Positions 31,470-43,915 of a DNA stretch of 64,000 bases are shown piece by piece. Position numbers and translations under genes: made by a program. The notes under the pieces are model-generated. The model searched no databases. It saw only the letters and a list, made by a program, of their open reading frames with translations, and had not been told where the DNA came from. Position 1 is the first letter of the stretch; every line of letters starts with the position of its first letter. Location of the stretch: the NCBI RefSeq assembly GCF_006345805.1, contig NC_043002.1, forward strand, positions 102,176,001 to 102,240,000. Reading direction: 5' to 3'. This stretch comes from Octopus sinensis (lineage: Eukaryota).

Positions 31470-31665
31470 ATATGTGACAATTATTCGGTGGCCATGATAA
31501 AAATCCGAGTTTAGGATGTCGGGGTGGAAACCCACGCAGGTATCTCTTGAGGTATGTAACCATCACAAAAAATGTTATGAAAATCTGAAGAGATGCCACC
31601 GTAGATTCCGCACCGACATCCGAAACTCGGAGTCTTAACATGGCTACCGAATAATAGACACATAT
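31470..31665. repeat. ~195-bp imperfect palindrome (Penelope pLTR-like or MITE-like)
   Basis: 31470-31529 is the reverse complement of 31605-31665 with mismatches; ATCTCTT/AAGAGAT also pair internally. Confidence 0.85.
31572..31641 (+). ncRNA. Putative degenerate type I hammerhead ribozyme
   Basis: CTGAAGA 31585-31591, stem II GATG/CATC, GAAA 31622-31625, stem III ACT/AGT, GTC cleavage triplet ending 31634; stem I imperfect. Confidence 0.45.
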
Positions 31666-31749
31666 TATATTTAAATATAAATTCATCTATTTAAATAATT
31701 TCATTCTTTTGTTCTCTTGCAATTTCTAACAATATATATATATATATAT

Positions 31750-32110
31750 TTCTGTAGTATCAGCTCAGAGCTGCGGCCATGCTGATGCACGCCCATTTTG
31801 CTACACTGTTATTACTAAGAGCCTCCTCCAATATGTGGCACTTGGTGAAGAATGGAGTTTGATATAGCTACCCTCATTTTCATCTCTTGCCTTGATGTAG
31901 GTTCATCTGGGACTCTCGACAGGAAGAGGTTCAGCTTTGATTTAAAAACGCCTACAGCTACTTTGTTCACGTTCCTCAGGCTCTTTGGGAGAATATTAAA
32001 AAGCTGGTCGCCCTTGAAATCAGGCGTTAGGGGAGGCCATCCCGTGTCTGTTGACTGTGGTGGTCTTGCATAGTGGTGGGCAAGGTTCCTTGTTTGTGTT
32101 TGGTGTAGCC
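31750..32110 (-). mobile_element. CR1/L2-like LINE 3' terminal fragment
   Basis: Minus frame reads FKGDQLFNILPKSLRNV...VFKSKLNLFLSRVPDEPT; same type of 3' end as 29101. Confidence 0.7.
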
Positions 32111-32146
32111 AGGTCAGCTGCTGTACAAGCCTTTATATATATATGA

Positions 32147-32178
<32 letters not shown>

Positions 32179-32189
32179 GTATATATTAA

Positions 32190-32375
32190 AGGCGGTGTGC
32201 TGGCTGAATCATTAGCACGAACTGCAAAATTTTTACCGGTATTCCCTCCGTCTTTACGTTCTGGTTTCAAATTTCGACGTGGTTCACATTGCCTGTCATT
32301 GTTCCGAAGTCAGCAAAATAAATACCAGTTGACGACTGGAGTCCAAGTAAATGACTTGACTCTTCACCAAAATAT
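32190..32375 (+). mobile_element. Degenerate tRNA-derived SINE
   Basis: GGCGGTGTGCTGGCTGAATCATTAGCACG head, similar to 40299. Confidence 0.65.
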
Positions 32376-32799
32376 ATATAAAGCTTTTTCTCTTATTTTA
32401 TTTACCACACACACACACATATATACATATATATATATATATATGTGCTTATAATTACTGATATGAATACACACAGGCTCATACATACGTATACGTGTTA
32501 TTATTTTTACTATCGTCTATTTATTATTCCATTATGTATGCGGTGGGGGAGGGTTTTAGAAAGATTTATATCGTTATTATCTTGGTAGAGGAAAATTATG
32601 TTCTTCAAGTCAGTATTGACTTTATCATATTCACGTGTGTTATATAGCCGCAGCAACCTAATTTAAACATCCCATCATAAAACTTATCAGCTCTTTGGTA
32701 GCGTGTGTATAGGTGCGTACTTTGGCTTATGTATATGAATTAATGTATGAATTTATAAATACCTAAGCACACACACACGCACACACACACACACACATG

Positions 32800-32808
<9 letters not shown>

Positions 32809-32830
<22 letters not shown>

Positions 32831-32854
32831 GGATATATATATATATATATATAT

Positions 32855-32920
<66 letters not shown>

Positions 32921-32940
32921 ATATATATATATATATATAT

Positions 32941-32984
<44 letters not shown>

Positions 32985-33062
32985 ATATATATATATATAT
33001 ATGGATATATATATATATATATATGGATATATACATATATATATATTTATATATATATACAT
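32809..33062. repeat. (TA)n with periodic GG interruptions
   Basis: Direct reading. Confidence 0.95.
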
Positions 33063-34082
33063 ACGTTTGTGTGTGAGTGTATATTCTTTAACGTATTTAT
33101 GCGCATGTGTGCGTATGTATAAGTTTACCTATGTATATGATTATATTACGCACACAATCCTAGATACGTACGTACATACATGTAACCATGAGTATCTACA
33201 TACAAACATACGTACGTAAACATTTATGTTAATCTCTGTATATTCGTCTCGTATCTGCAGAATGGTAATTGGCGAAATTGAATTTCAGACAACCTGACCG
33301 CCATCTTGATAAGTTGTTATCGGTCACAAATTACCGTTCGTTTCGAAATATATCCCACAATGCAATTCTTTCCCATCAGCATTCTTTACTAATTTATATC
33401 AGCGGTGGTATTGGATAATTTTAATGATATAAAGCGTAGCCATGGTATTTTTAGAGCTTTGCAGCCCATTACGTGTTCGTGGTTTGATAGCTATGCTGAA
33501 GTAATTTTGGATCGTTAAATTCTATTTCGGTCTTTAGGACTCTATTTGTTAAATCTGATTTAGCTTGAATGGAGAAATACAAACTGCTAACACAGCTTCT
33601 CTTCTTTTTCTAAAATTTTGGGATCCAGATATTATATAAAATATTTTGGTTGTCGTTGCTTAGCGCCCGGCGAATCCTCATTCACCAGTCCTATGTATAC
33701 ACCTCATTCCAACTGTAGTCAAACCAACCCTATTTTCAGGCGCAGCATTTTAGAACTGCATTTGCCTATGTAACTTTCCATTTTTAGGTGATATAGTGTA
33801 ACAGAAGCTTCATATTTGGAGGACATGTTTGCTGTTTCTAATAGGCGCCGCAACCATACATAATATTTTTGCTAATGTTGGGTGAACTGTGGTGAAATAC
33901 CTTTTCGAACAATAGTTCCAGTTGCGTTAATCTTTTCAACATACATTGCATTTCATGGAACACATTATTTGCCATCTTCTCTTTTTGCTGGGAACTATAA
34001 GTTTCAGGGAGTTTCGGCAGTTATCTCTAGACAGTCATTCGACTGAATTTTGAATGTTGTATCTTTGAATGAAGGGCATACA

Positions 34083-34121
<39 letters not shown>

Positions 34122-34122
<1 letters not shown>

Positions 34123-34610
34123 GAGTGAGAGAGCAGTGCCTACCATCAAAGTGACACTGGGGTATAAATATACGAAGCCCAATATACCCATCATGACTAC
34201 CCGCCTGATAATTGTACACCAGGCACATGCATCACTAACAGATATGCGGGACATGGAGATTATTATCAAAATAAACCCACAGAACTTGGGGGTGAGGCCC
34301 AGTTGGAAATTTGTTCAGGTTGAGTAGCCCATCCCGTTCAATGGGTACATGAATAAGGGTTGTTTAAGGATGATGAACGAAGCACCCATGTTTCCAGAGG
34401 TGAATTATTCAAACCCCAAAGAATCCCTCTCAACACATCGCTATGATGCTCCCCCACTACTTCTGCTCGTGATCAGAGATGCACATATCGTCAGCAACTA
34501 AGGTACATGCTAAACCGGTTAAGGTCAGTCAACAGACAAGCATCCGTGTCGTATTCAGAAGAATATTTTCTGTAGCCTACCTCTCTAAATCTTTGATATG
34601 GAATATTTGA
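34122..34610 (-). mobile_element. 3' UTR-type copy 1 of a (TAA)n-associated element (R4/Dong-like)
   Basis: Homologous to 34713-35282 and 35326-35594; abuts (ATT)n at 34085-34121. Confidence 0.7.
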
Positions 34611-34663
34611 TGTAGCCCATTCCTTTATAATTATTATTATTATCATTGTTGTTGTTGTTGTTA

Positions 34664-34712
<49 letters not shown>

Positions 34713-35281
34713 GTGAGTGAGTGAGAGATCAGTGCATGCCATCAAAGTGACACTGGGGCAAAATATATGAAACCCAGTATACCCATCATGATTACTCGTC
34801 TGATAAGGGTACACTAGGCAATGCATCACAACCATATGTGCCCGACCTGGTGATCTCATATCAAAATAAGCAGCATATGACCTTGATGGTGAGGCCCAGT
34901 TAGAATTTTCTTCTGTAGAGTAACCCATCCCGCTCAAAAGGTCCCTGAATAAGGGCTGTTTAAAGATGTTGAATAAAACACCCATGTTTCCAGATGTGAA
35001 TTTTTCAAGCCCAAAATAATCCCTCTCAACACATGGCTATGATGCTCCCCCACTACATCTGCTCGTGGTCAGAGATGCACATATCGTCAGCCACTAAGGG
35101 ACATGCTCAACTGGTTAAGGTCAAACAATTGACAAGCAAATCTGTGGTATTGAGCAGAATATTTGCTGTAGCCCATCTTTTATACCAAGACAAATCAATG
35201 TACATGATAACACTTGTTATTAGTTAAGATCAGTTAAGATCAGAAGCCACGAGAGCCACAGCCTGGTACTGCATCAGGGCA

Positions 35282-35282
<1 letters not shown>
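34713..35282 (-). mobile_element. 3' UTR-type copy 2 of the same element
   Basis: Longest UTR copy, flanked on both sides by (ATT)n. Confidence 0.7.
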
Positions 35283-35325
<43 letters not shown>

Positions 35326-35327
<2 letters not shown>

Positions 35328-36325
35328 GAGAGAGTAGAGCATGCGATCAAATTGACACTGGGGCAAAATATACGAAGCCCAGTTTAGCCATTGTAACAAA
35401 TCGTCTGATAAGGGTACACCAGGCAAATGCATCTCAAATATATGTGGGCGACATGGTGATCTCGTACCAAAATAAACTGCGCATGACCTTGCAGGTGGGG
35501 CCCAGTTAGCATTTACTTCAGGTCGAGTAGCCTATTCTGCTCAAAGCGTCCCTGAATAAGTGTTGTTTCATCATGTTGATCTAATCACCCATGGCTCTTT
35601 CTGTCCGTTCACTTTCTTCCCTTTCTTTCCAACTACTTCACCTTATAAAAGCAGATCTGATAAAGTCACTTTTTTTCTGTGAGATCTTTTTTTCAAAATA
35701 TATTTCAGAATCTCTTCAACTGTTTCACATTGTTATGGTCGAAGTTTCTTGAATTTCTTGGTCTCTTTTCTTGGAATTATGATATCCTAGTGTCTTATGC
35801 TGGGGTTTCTCTGTTCTTCAGTCTCATCCTCTCTTATTTCAGGGTTTTCTACATTATTATTGTTTGGCCGGCCTCTTCCCCAATACAACTTCACCTTCGC
35901 TTCTTTTATGTTTGCTTCTTTTTCAACCTTTATGGATGATCACGATATCTGGCCGTCTCGCCTGTATGATTTGGTCGCACTGTATGTTAAAATCCCAGAG
36001 TATTTTGTAATGTTCGTTTTCCATTACTCCCTCTGCCTTCTGTTCAAACCTGTGTTCGGCTTTCTCGAGGTTTGCGTCACCGCACAATAGCCAGTGGACA
36101 ATCTGGCAACATCGTTGTGTTTCCGTTTTTATTCGCGTTGTGCGAGCGTACATCGTTCTTTAATATGGCTTATAGTGTCTCCCTTCTCAGAGCACATCCT
36201 ACACTGTGGCGAGTCAGTGCTTTTATCAATATGATATTTGGTGTAGTTTGTTTTGAGAGCTTGTTCTTGAGCGCTGCATACTAATGCGTCACTGGGCACT
36301 TAAGTCTCTTTTCTGCAGCCAATTA
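35326..36325 (-). mobile_element. R4/Dong-like RLE non-LTR retrotransposon, 5'-truncated and internally deleted
   Basis: Minus frames give AQEQALKTNYTKYHIDK..CRMC (CCHC finger), IVHWLLC and KILWDFNIQCDQIIQARRPDIVI (RLE); partial UTR copy at the 3' end; degenerate (ATT)n at both ends. Confidence 0.8.
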
Positions 36326-37269
36326 TTATTTCTATTTTTAGTATTATTATTCTTATTACTGTTATCATTATCATAAACCACTGGTGTAAAAAGGTAACAT
36401 TTCCAGAATTAAATGAAGTTGCTTTTGGTTTGTCTGGTAGATTTTGGGTATAATGTGTCCAAATGCTTTTGGAATGTAATGGGGCATTATCTAAGTTATT
36501 TTACCAGCATAAGTTTGAATATAACAATATCAGTTGCATTTTTAAAATATGCTACATTATGCTTATGTGATGTGAACTTGATTCTTGTCGGGTGCCTATG
36601 GCAAGCTGTCTTTCCGTGGGTAATTTGTGAACTTCCTCCCAGTACATTCTGCACACTGCTGGTGGAATATTGGTAACAAATTCTGTGCCAAGTAGGTTGT
36701 TCATAGAATTTCATTCACGATTTTAAACCAGGAAACATGTTCCTATGTATTAAGGAAGAACTCTTCTTTATAGCTATTTCAAAATATATTGTCTGCTCTA
36801 CTCTAATGTTGTTCTTGAAATCTTTTATTATGTAATTGAATTAGAGGAAAGCGATTGTAAATGTCTGAGTGAAGTAAGCATGCTTGGATCAAATGGAAAT
36901 ATGTAAAATGGAAAATGTGAATAACACGTCATCCAGTGAAGTGTTGTGTTGCTGGCTGATGGCTAACGCCTACACAAATATTACTTCCTGTCATTAGTTT
37001 AGAGGACATTGCTGAAACTCATTCGAAATATTACACAATCATATGAACATTCCGGTGGGATTTCTCAGTCTTGAATACTACAGCACTACCAATGCAGTAA
37101 ATAACAATTTGTATGTTTTAATTAGGAAGTATTGGATATTAATGCGCTGGAAATAATCCAAAGATCAAACTGCCAATAATCAGTCACAGATCACAGTCAA
37201 CCTTTCAGTATATTTGGATATTAGCAATCTGTTTTTCATTAATCTTCGTATATTTGACAATGATTTCAG

Positions 37270-37333
37270 ATACTAGAAAACGAGTGGCGGGAGATGAGCA
37301 GAGCACCGTATACAGTGTCAAAGGAATCATGTG
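37270..37333 (+). other. Candidate 64-nt exon
   Basis: TTTCAG acceptor and G|GTAAGC donor; two open frames; no protein recognised. Confidence 0.25.
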
Positions 37334-39217
37334 GTAAGCTGGGTCAGGAAAAAGGGCCCAAACTCTCTTCCTGGCAATAAGATAAGGTCGTGTGCTAATT
37401 GAAGTTAGGAATGTTGAGGTTTGAGGGAGATTCTAACTCATCATACACAGTTTTGCTTTCTCTTAGAAATTTTATAACGGAATTCTTCGCCCCTGAATCA
37501 GAATATTCCGTGATTATTACTGTAAGTTATTTAGCAGGTAATGTTATATATCACAAAAAGATCATTGTATCATAAAACTATTTAAATCTATGATATTGAA
37601 GGCATGTCAGAATTAAAGAAGTATAAAAACGTATTGCAAAAGAGAATATCGTGAGTCTTCGGCCAAAGTTAGGTCGAAAATATATTCTTCGCCAACAGCT
37701 ATTTATATGAATTGGAATAATGAATAACAGTTTTATGATAGATTTACGTCTTCATGTAAATTGAAAGAATTAAAATGATTAGATAAAATCTAATTCACAG
37801 ACATTGTTCGATTCTTGATAGTATACACGTGGGACTCGGAAAATATTTGGAAACTAGGGAAAAGAAATCGTTTTACAGTTTAATTTAATGGTAGATATAT
37901 CGATAACATGCATTGCAACAAATGCGAAATGTAAAATACGATAAAACGCCAAAGAAAAATCATTAAATATATGAAAACTAGGTTATTGAAATGACCTAAA
38001 TTAATGTTCGCTCAATATATATTAAAACCAAGATGATGGTTATACATATATTCATATATATATATATAAGAATTGTAAGAGATATTTATTGGAATGTTCA
38101 ATGCAGATTTCTCATCAGTGAATAGTTTCAATCTCCATTGGGAATTTTGCCCTAATCTCTGCTTTCTACGCTGTTAGTTTTGAATTCTCGTTCAATTGGT
38201 CACATGCATCACTTCATATGCGCAGAGCATCCTCTCACAAGAAATTAATTAACATAAGATTCTAATAGGTAAACTATTCATTTGGGAATTCTCAATCTTG
38301 AATTATTGGTCATTGAAGCAAAATGTTGAAAATTGAACAGAAATCTTCTAGGATATCGTCATCTCAGTGTTTATTGATCCTTTAGGAAAGAAGAAAATTC
38401 TAAGTACGGTATATTTGATATCACCAATATTGGATGCCAATCAGAAAATGTGATACAAATAAAAGACGGATCTTTAGAATCTCATAACTTTCGGCATAAG
38501 GGTACATCAGGTGATGCATTATTAAAGTGATGTTTCAGTATAGTTTGTTGGCTGAAGAAACGCCAATTGAAATGAGGACTATGAGTAATTACATCACATT
38601 CGATTTTATAGCTAATTTAGCAAGTAATGTGCGCTTACCGCCATCTATATTAATCTTTTGTGCTAGATTTGAATAGTTTTGTATATGATTACAACACATC
38701 TGGTCTCTGCACACATAGTCAACTCCTGCTGTTGTCATTGCCGTAGCCAATACAGAGATGGCTTTTAACAATTTCCGTTGTCCATATCTTCACTAGATTA
38801 ATAAAGCAGCAGACTTTGTGTGTGTGAGTGTGCGTGTTTCATATGTGTGTGTATGTCTGCCTGTCTCTCTCTTTCTCTCAGTCTCTCACCCTCTCACTCT
38901 CTTAGCGTATGCAACAACATAGAACAATACATAAATCATGTGACCATTTATTACTTGTATTGCTTGTCGTTGTCATTCTCATTATTGTTGTTGTGTTGTT
39001 GCTGTAACCGATGTTTGCTGTTCACCTGCAGGCTCGGCACTGATTCTCTTGAAATGCTACGAAACGGGCTCCAGAACTGGTTAACCCAGGTTTATTTTTC
39101 TTTCTCAGTCAAATTATTATTCTCTCTGTGCATCAGGTTTTGGAGCCCTGTATGAGGAGAACTCGGTTGGTGAAGCTATAGATTATAAGAAACAAACAGT
39201 TTAGTATTAGTTTCAAG

Positions 39218-39488
39218 CAGCGGTTCTTAACTGGGGCCACATGACACTTGGAGGTCTATATAAGGTTTTCTGGTTAAAATATTTTTGTCCTTAAAATCTC
39301 TGGGCAATGAATCGCTTATACTTGATATACTTGTAAAATACACAAAATAAAGGTTCTTTTTCTATATAAATCTTAAAGCTATTTGATTATAAATGTACAA
39401 TAGGATTCTTTAAAAATGGTAATGGGGTCCGCCAGAGTAAAATATGAATACAAGGGAAGCATGGGAGAAAATTGGTTGAAAACCACTG
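39218..39488. mobile_element. hAT-type MITE
   Basis: TIRs CAGCGGTTCTTAAC and reverse complement CAGTGGTTTTCAAC; 8-bp TSD not cleanly preserved. Confidence 0.65.
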
Positions 39489-39569
39489 CTTTACAACATT
39501 GCAAAGCCAAAAAAGAAATATATATTTTTTTGGTCTAATTTTCTGTTGTTGCATAGCACCGGGTGAAAC

Positions 39570-40140
39570 TATTAGCGAACGTAACCTGAGTATTATTGCC
39601 AACAACGATCTCCGTTAGACAAACCACATCTTTAAGATAGTCAAAAAGGTCGACGGTGCCTTAACAACGCCCAGTAAGACCGTTGTCAGCCGCTCTCCAA
39701 ATATCTATTTAAAACAGTACATGACTCTATCACGCCCACAGTTAGAATTAGCATCATCCGTCTGTAACCGCCACCTTGCTCGGCATATCAGTCTCCTTGG
39801 ATCTGTTCATGCATCTAAACATATACACGCCCCGCCAGATATCTACCATACACTGAACATTTTGCTTCTCTAAGCATGGACACATTAAAGCTCCGACATC
39901 TGGCAAGTGACTTTGTAGACACCCTCAAGATTATCCACCATTTTTTGAACAATAAGCTTGCGCATCTTTTTGAAATCCATGTGTCAAATACTCGGGGACG
40001 TGCTTACAAAATAAAAATTATAAAAAGCAACACACAGAATTGCTGAAGCATGGAATAAATTACCTCCATTAGTTGTTAGATGTAGAGACAATACATCGTT
40101 TAAAACGTCCATGATTCCGGGAATTCGACAACAGTACACC
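39570..40140 (+). mobile_element. Degenerate CR1-group LINE 3' fragment
   Basis: ERNLSII..HIFKIVKK..SRSPNIYLKQY..RPQLELASSV..SNTRG resembles CR1 ORF2 C-terminus. Confidence 0.65.
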
Positions 40141-40298
40141 TGACGCCCTGTACACCCACTTCTTCCTTTTTTAGAGGCTTTTCAACTATGCATTTCTTTG
40201 CATATTTTATGTACTGTTCATTCAGTTTTAGTTCGGATGAGGTATATTGCACCGGAGCACTGTATACAATAAGTTCATTATTACTTTTTTTAAGTCAA

Positions 40299-40855
40299 GG
40301 CGGTGAACTGGCAGAAACGTTAGCACGCCGGGCGAAATCCTTAACGGTATTTCGTCTGCCGTTACGTTGTGAGTTCAAATTCCGCCGAGTCGACTTATCC
40401 TTTCGGGGTCGATAAATTAAGTACCAGTTACGCACTGGGGTCGATGTAATCGACTTAATACCTATGTCTGTCGTTGTCCCCTCTGTGTTTAGCGTGGGTA
40501 TAGGTATTTCGTCTGCCGCTACGTTCTGAGTTCAAATTCCGCCGTGGTCGACTTTGTTTTTCACCCTTTCGGGGTCAATAAATTAAGTACCAGTTACGCA
40601 CCGGGGTCGATGTAATCGACTTAATCCCTGTGTCTGTCCTTGTTTGTCCCCTCTGTGTTTAAAGCCTTGTGGGTAGTAAAGAAATACGTATTTAGTCTAC
40701 CTTTACGTTCTGAGTTCAAATTCAGCCGAGGTCGACTTTGCTGTTATCCTTTCGGTGTCAATAAATTAAGTACCAGATTTGTACGGGGGTTGATCTAATC
40801 GACTGCCCCCTCCTCCAAAAGTTTGGAATCGTTCCTAAAGTAGAAAAGATTATTT
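40299..40855 (+). mobile_element. Tandem trimer of a tRNA-derived SINE (one headed unit, two headless units)
   Basis: Head TGGCAGAAACGTTAG and B-box GAGTTCAAATTCC; units restart at ~40503 and ~40687; central CCTTTCGGGGTCGATAAATTAAGTACCAG motif repeated. Confidence 0.85.
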
Positions 40856-42043
40856 TTTATTACGGCTTAAAAAGATTTAATGAACGTGATGGCATTATTG
40901 TAATACTGAACCTCTTCGATTTGTTTTAATTTGACGACAACAGCATCAACAACATTTGCGCTTCCGCAGTAACAGTTCGTATTACTAAATGATGTCGCAG
41001 CTACTCACGATTTTAAGCACTATGTATTGAGCGCACAGAAGAAGTGATTTGAACCTTTCCATTTTATTTATATAGAATTCCATGTGCTTAATCTTTATGC
41101 GTAAGTGTATACGATAAGGTGGTCATGGGGTAGCTTTCTACCGAATCACCTAATGGAGACAATAGAATAGTCTAGAAGGTACTATTCTTCAGTCACAATT
41201 GAAGCTGCTCTGTTGAGGGTGGATGACATGATGGCCAAGTTTAGGCGTAATTAAAAATGAATGAAAAAAAAAAGAATGGTTTAGGGTCATACATACTGGA
41301 GATCATCGGAATAGTTCAAAATCACAGACTTCTCTTTCGTTACAATGTTATAATTTACATTTAAATAATGATTTAACCCTCATTAACCTAATTAAGAACA
41401 ATTAACGTTAGAAATTAGAATAATTATCAAAAAAAGATAATTATTTCCTCTGTTTTTTAGGATTTCATTATTTTATAGTTTCTCTTAATTTCAGTTTGAT
41501 TTGTTTTTATAATTATTTCATTAATGTTTGCTTCTAGTTTACACCGTTATCTATACGTTTCATATACATGCTGTGAAGCATAAAATATTGCAACATTTAA
41601 CTTATTTTCACTTCAATGTACTGAAACATTTTAATGTATAATCTTGTGCCAGAGATAGTATTGTGGTTGTTGGTGTAATCTCGTTTATCGGCTCTACATT
41701 CTGAGTTCAAAACACTTCTTCTATGCGCTCAATACATAGTACTTAAAATCGTGAGTAGCTGCGACATCATTTAGTAATACGAACTGTTACTGCGGTAGCG
41801 CTAATGTTGTTGTTGCTGTTGTTGTCAAATGAAAACAGATCGAAGAGGTTCAGTATCACAATAACGTCACACGTTCATTAAATCTTTTTAAGCCGTAATA
41901 AAAATAATCCTTTCTACTCTAGGAACGATTCCAAACTTTTGGAGGAGGGGGAAGTCGATTAGATCAACCCCAGTACACATCTGGTACTTAATTTATTGGC
42001 ACCGAAAGGATGACAGCAAAGTCGACCTCGGTTGAATTTGAAC
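40714..42043. repeat. Inverted duplication, arms 40714-41054 and 41705-42043
   Basis: ~340-bp arms are reverse complements with scattered substitutions; ~650-bp spacer. Confidence 0.92.
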
Positions 42044-42254
42044 ACAAAACACACTCATTACATTCTTGGAATGTGATAGAAATTGACCTTCAAATTAACT
42101 TCCATCGTCATCATCATCGTCGTTGTCCTCGTCGTCATCTCCATCATCATCACCATCATCATCATAATCATCATACCCTGGACATGCTTTTTTCAAAATC
42201 AAGACCTAAAATTTATTGTGACGGTTGCCGGATTTCCATGGTGTATAAAGAATA

Positions 42255-42420
42255 TTACAACCTGTCCCTTGGGCGGGTCGCCATTCCCTTGCAGAGCCAT
42301 TCATTTACAACTGAGATTAGCAGGGTAACATAAAATGAAGTATTTTGCTCAAGAGAAGAACACCAACTCCTTCGAGAATAGAAACCACAATATTGTGATC
42401 CGACCAATAGAGTGAACATA
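42255..42420 (-). mobile_element. Degenerate CORE-type SINE fragment
   Basis: Reverse complement contains CTTGAGCAAAATACTT and CTCAGTTGTAAATGAATG. Confidence 0.45.
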
Positions 42421-43337
42421 GAGAGGAACTGTACTGCTCCTGGAATGGAAATGAGCAGGCTTTATGTTCTATGACTGAAACTGATTTAGCATGATCATAA
42501 CACTAAAGGTAGAGTCGTCTCTACGATGAACAACCACCATTACATTCTAATACAATAAATGTGCATTATGTTATCCTATTGCAATCACTCTGTAGAACAT
42601 AGAAGAGGTGATGAATGTGGGGTCGATAATCCGCTTTGTTACATTAATACAAAACGTATTACAAGACATTACACGCCACAATCAGATTCGAAGGCCATTG
42701 TATGAAAAGTGTGAATTAGTGTATCGTTAAAAGAGTTGGGGAATAAGGTTAAAGGTAGGGCGATACAAAATTAATAGCAGTTTCCTTCATGTTATGTTTC
42801 AGCAAAATATGCGACACTGGATTTTGTTCACTTTCCACCTGCTTCATTCGTTTGATAATGGAGAAAACTTCACAAATGCGGTGACGAACATTATGAGATG
42901 AAATTAATTGCCATCATTAAAACAATCCCTCTGGCAAATAAGAGCAATGTAGATTTTCTAGACTAAAATATATAGGCCACTTTATACGTATGCATGCATA
43001 CCATACATACGTATCGGAATTCAGTGGGAATTCCGGCACTTGGCAGAATTTTAATTCACGGGGAAAAGAGAGAAGTTAAATCCTCAATGTTCATCAGACC
43101 ATCATCGCGAATTGTTACTTTGTATATCGAACATGAACGTTTAGAAGACAAGGTTCTCTTAGTTTTAAATTCACAAAGAATCAAAAATGCGACAGTTCCC
43201 ATAAACCATTGCCATTTTATAGCACTGCAATATTCATTCGATCGTAGTAATGAGCACTTTTCTCTTTTGTTCAACTTTAAGCATATACAAGTATAGATAT
43301 ATACATACCTATATTCATACATACATATATACATACA

Positions 43338-43722
43338 CTAGCAGTATCGCCCGGCGTTGCTCAGGTTTGTAAGGGAAATAACTATAAAGCATTTTTAGAG
43401 AGTTATAGCCAAAAAATAGCAAAAAAATGGAAAAAAAATGATGGTAAATTTTTTTTTTGAGAGTAATAAAAGGTTGAGTTGCGTCCCCTAGACAGTCTGT
43501 GGTTTGTTTTTTTTTATTCTCGACCCCATGTCGAATTTATCGATTTTTTTCAGAACTGGGGGAACTTTTCAAAATTTTCGCTGCGTTAGTTTTGAATTAT
43601 GACATTGGGCTATGTGTGTGTCAAGTTTCATCAGAATCGGTTGAAAGCCGTGGTCAGGGTGAGGGTACGAGAAAACAGACACACAGAAACACGCACAGAC
43701 AAACTGCCGTTTATATAGAGAG
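43338..43722 (+). mobile_element. Non-autonomous Helitron/Helentron-like element, copy 1
   Basis: Starts CTAGCAGTATCGCCCGGCGTTGCTC; contains GTCAAGTTTCATCAGAATCGG and an ACAGAC-rich 3' end; homologous to 53969-54320. Confidence 0.6.
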
Positions 43723-43880
43723 AGATATATACCATCATATATATGCATATATACCATCATATACATATATAAATGAATAAATACCTATGTATTTATAAAC
43801 AAGCCATCGTACATATATTAACATATGCACTCGTACATATGTACGCTCACACATTTGCTCGCACACACATGTATATACGT

Positions 43881-43915
<35 letters not shown>

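Noticed and set aside
35262-35279. 13-nt match CCCTGATGCAGTA between the Dong-like UTR and Tx1 ORF1 (13500-13512)
   Set aside because: No extension; matches of this length are expected by chance in a window this size.
24670-39200. Other exon-like segments (24670-24817, 38637-38790, 39031-39089, 39137-39200)
   Set aside because: One splice site weak in each, phases incompatible, no recognisable protein.
40299-40400. tRNA genes at SINE heads (also 27440-27525, 49843-49920)
   Set aside because: A/B boxes present but no full cloverleaf; they continue into SINE bodies.
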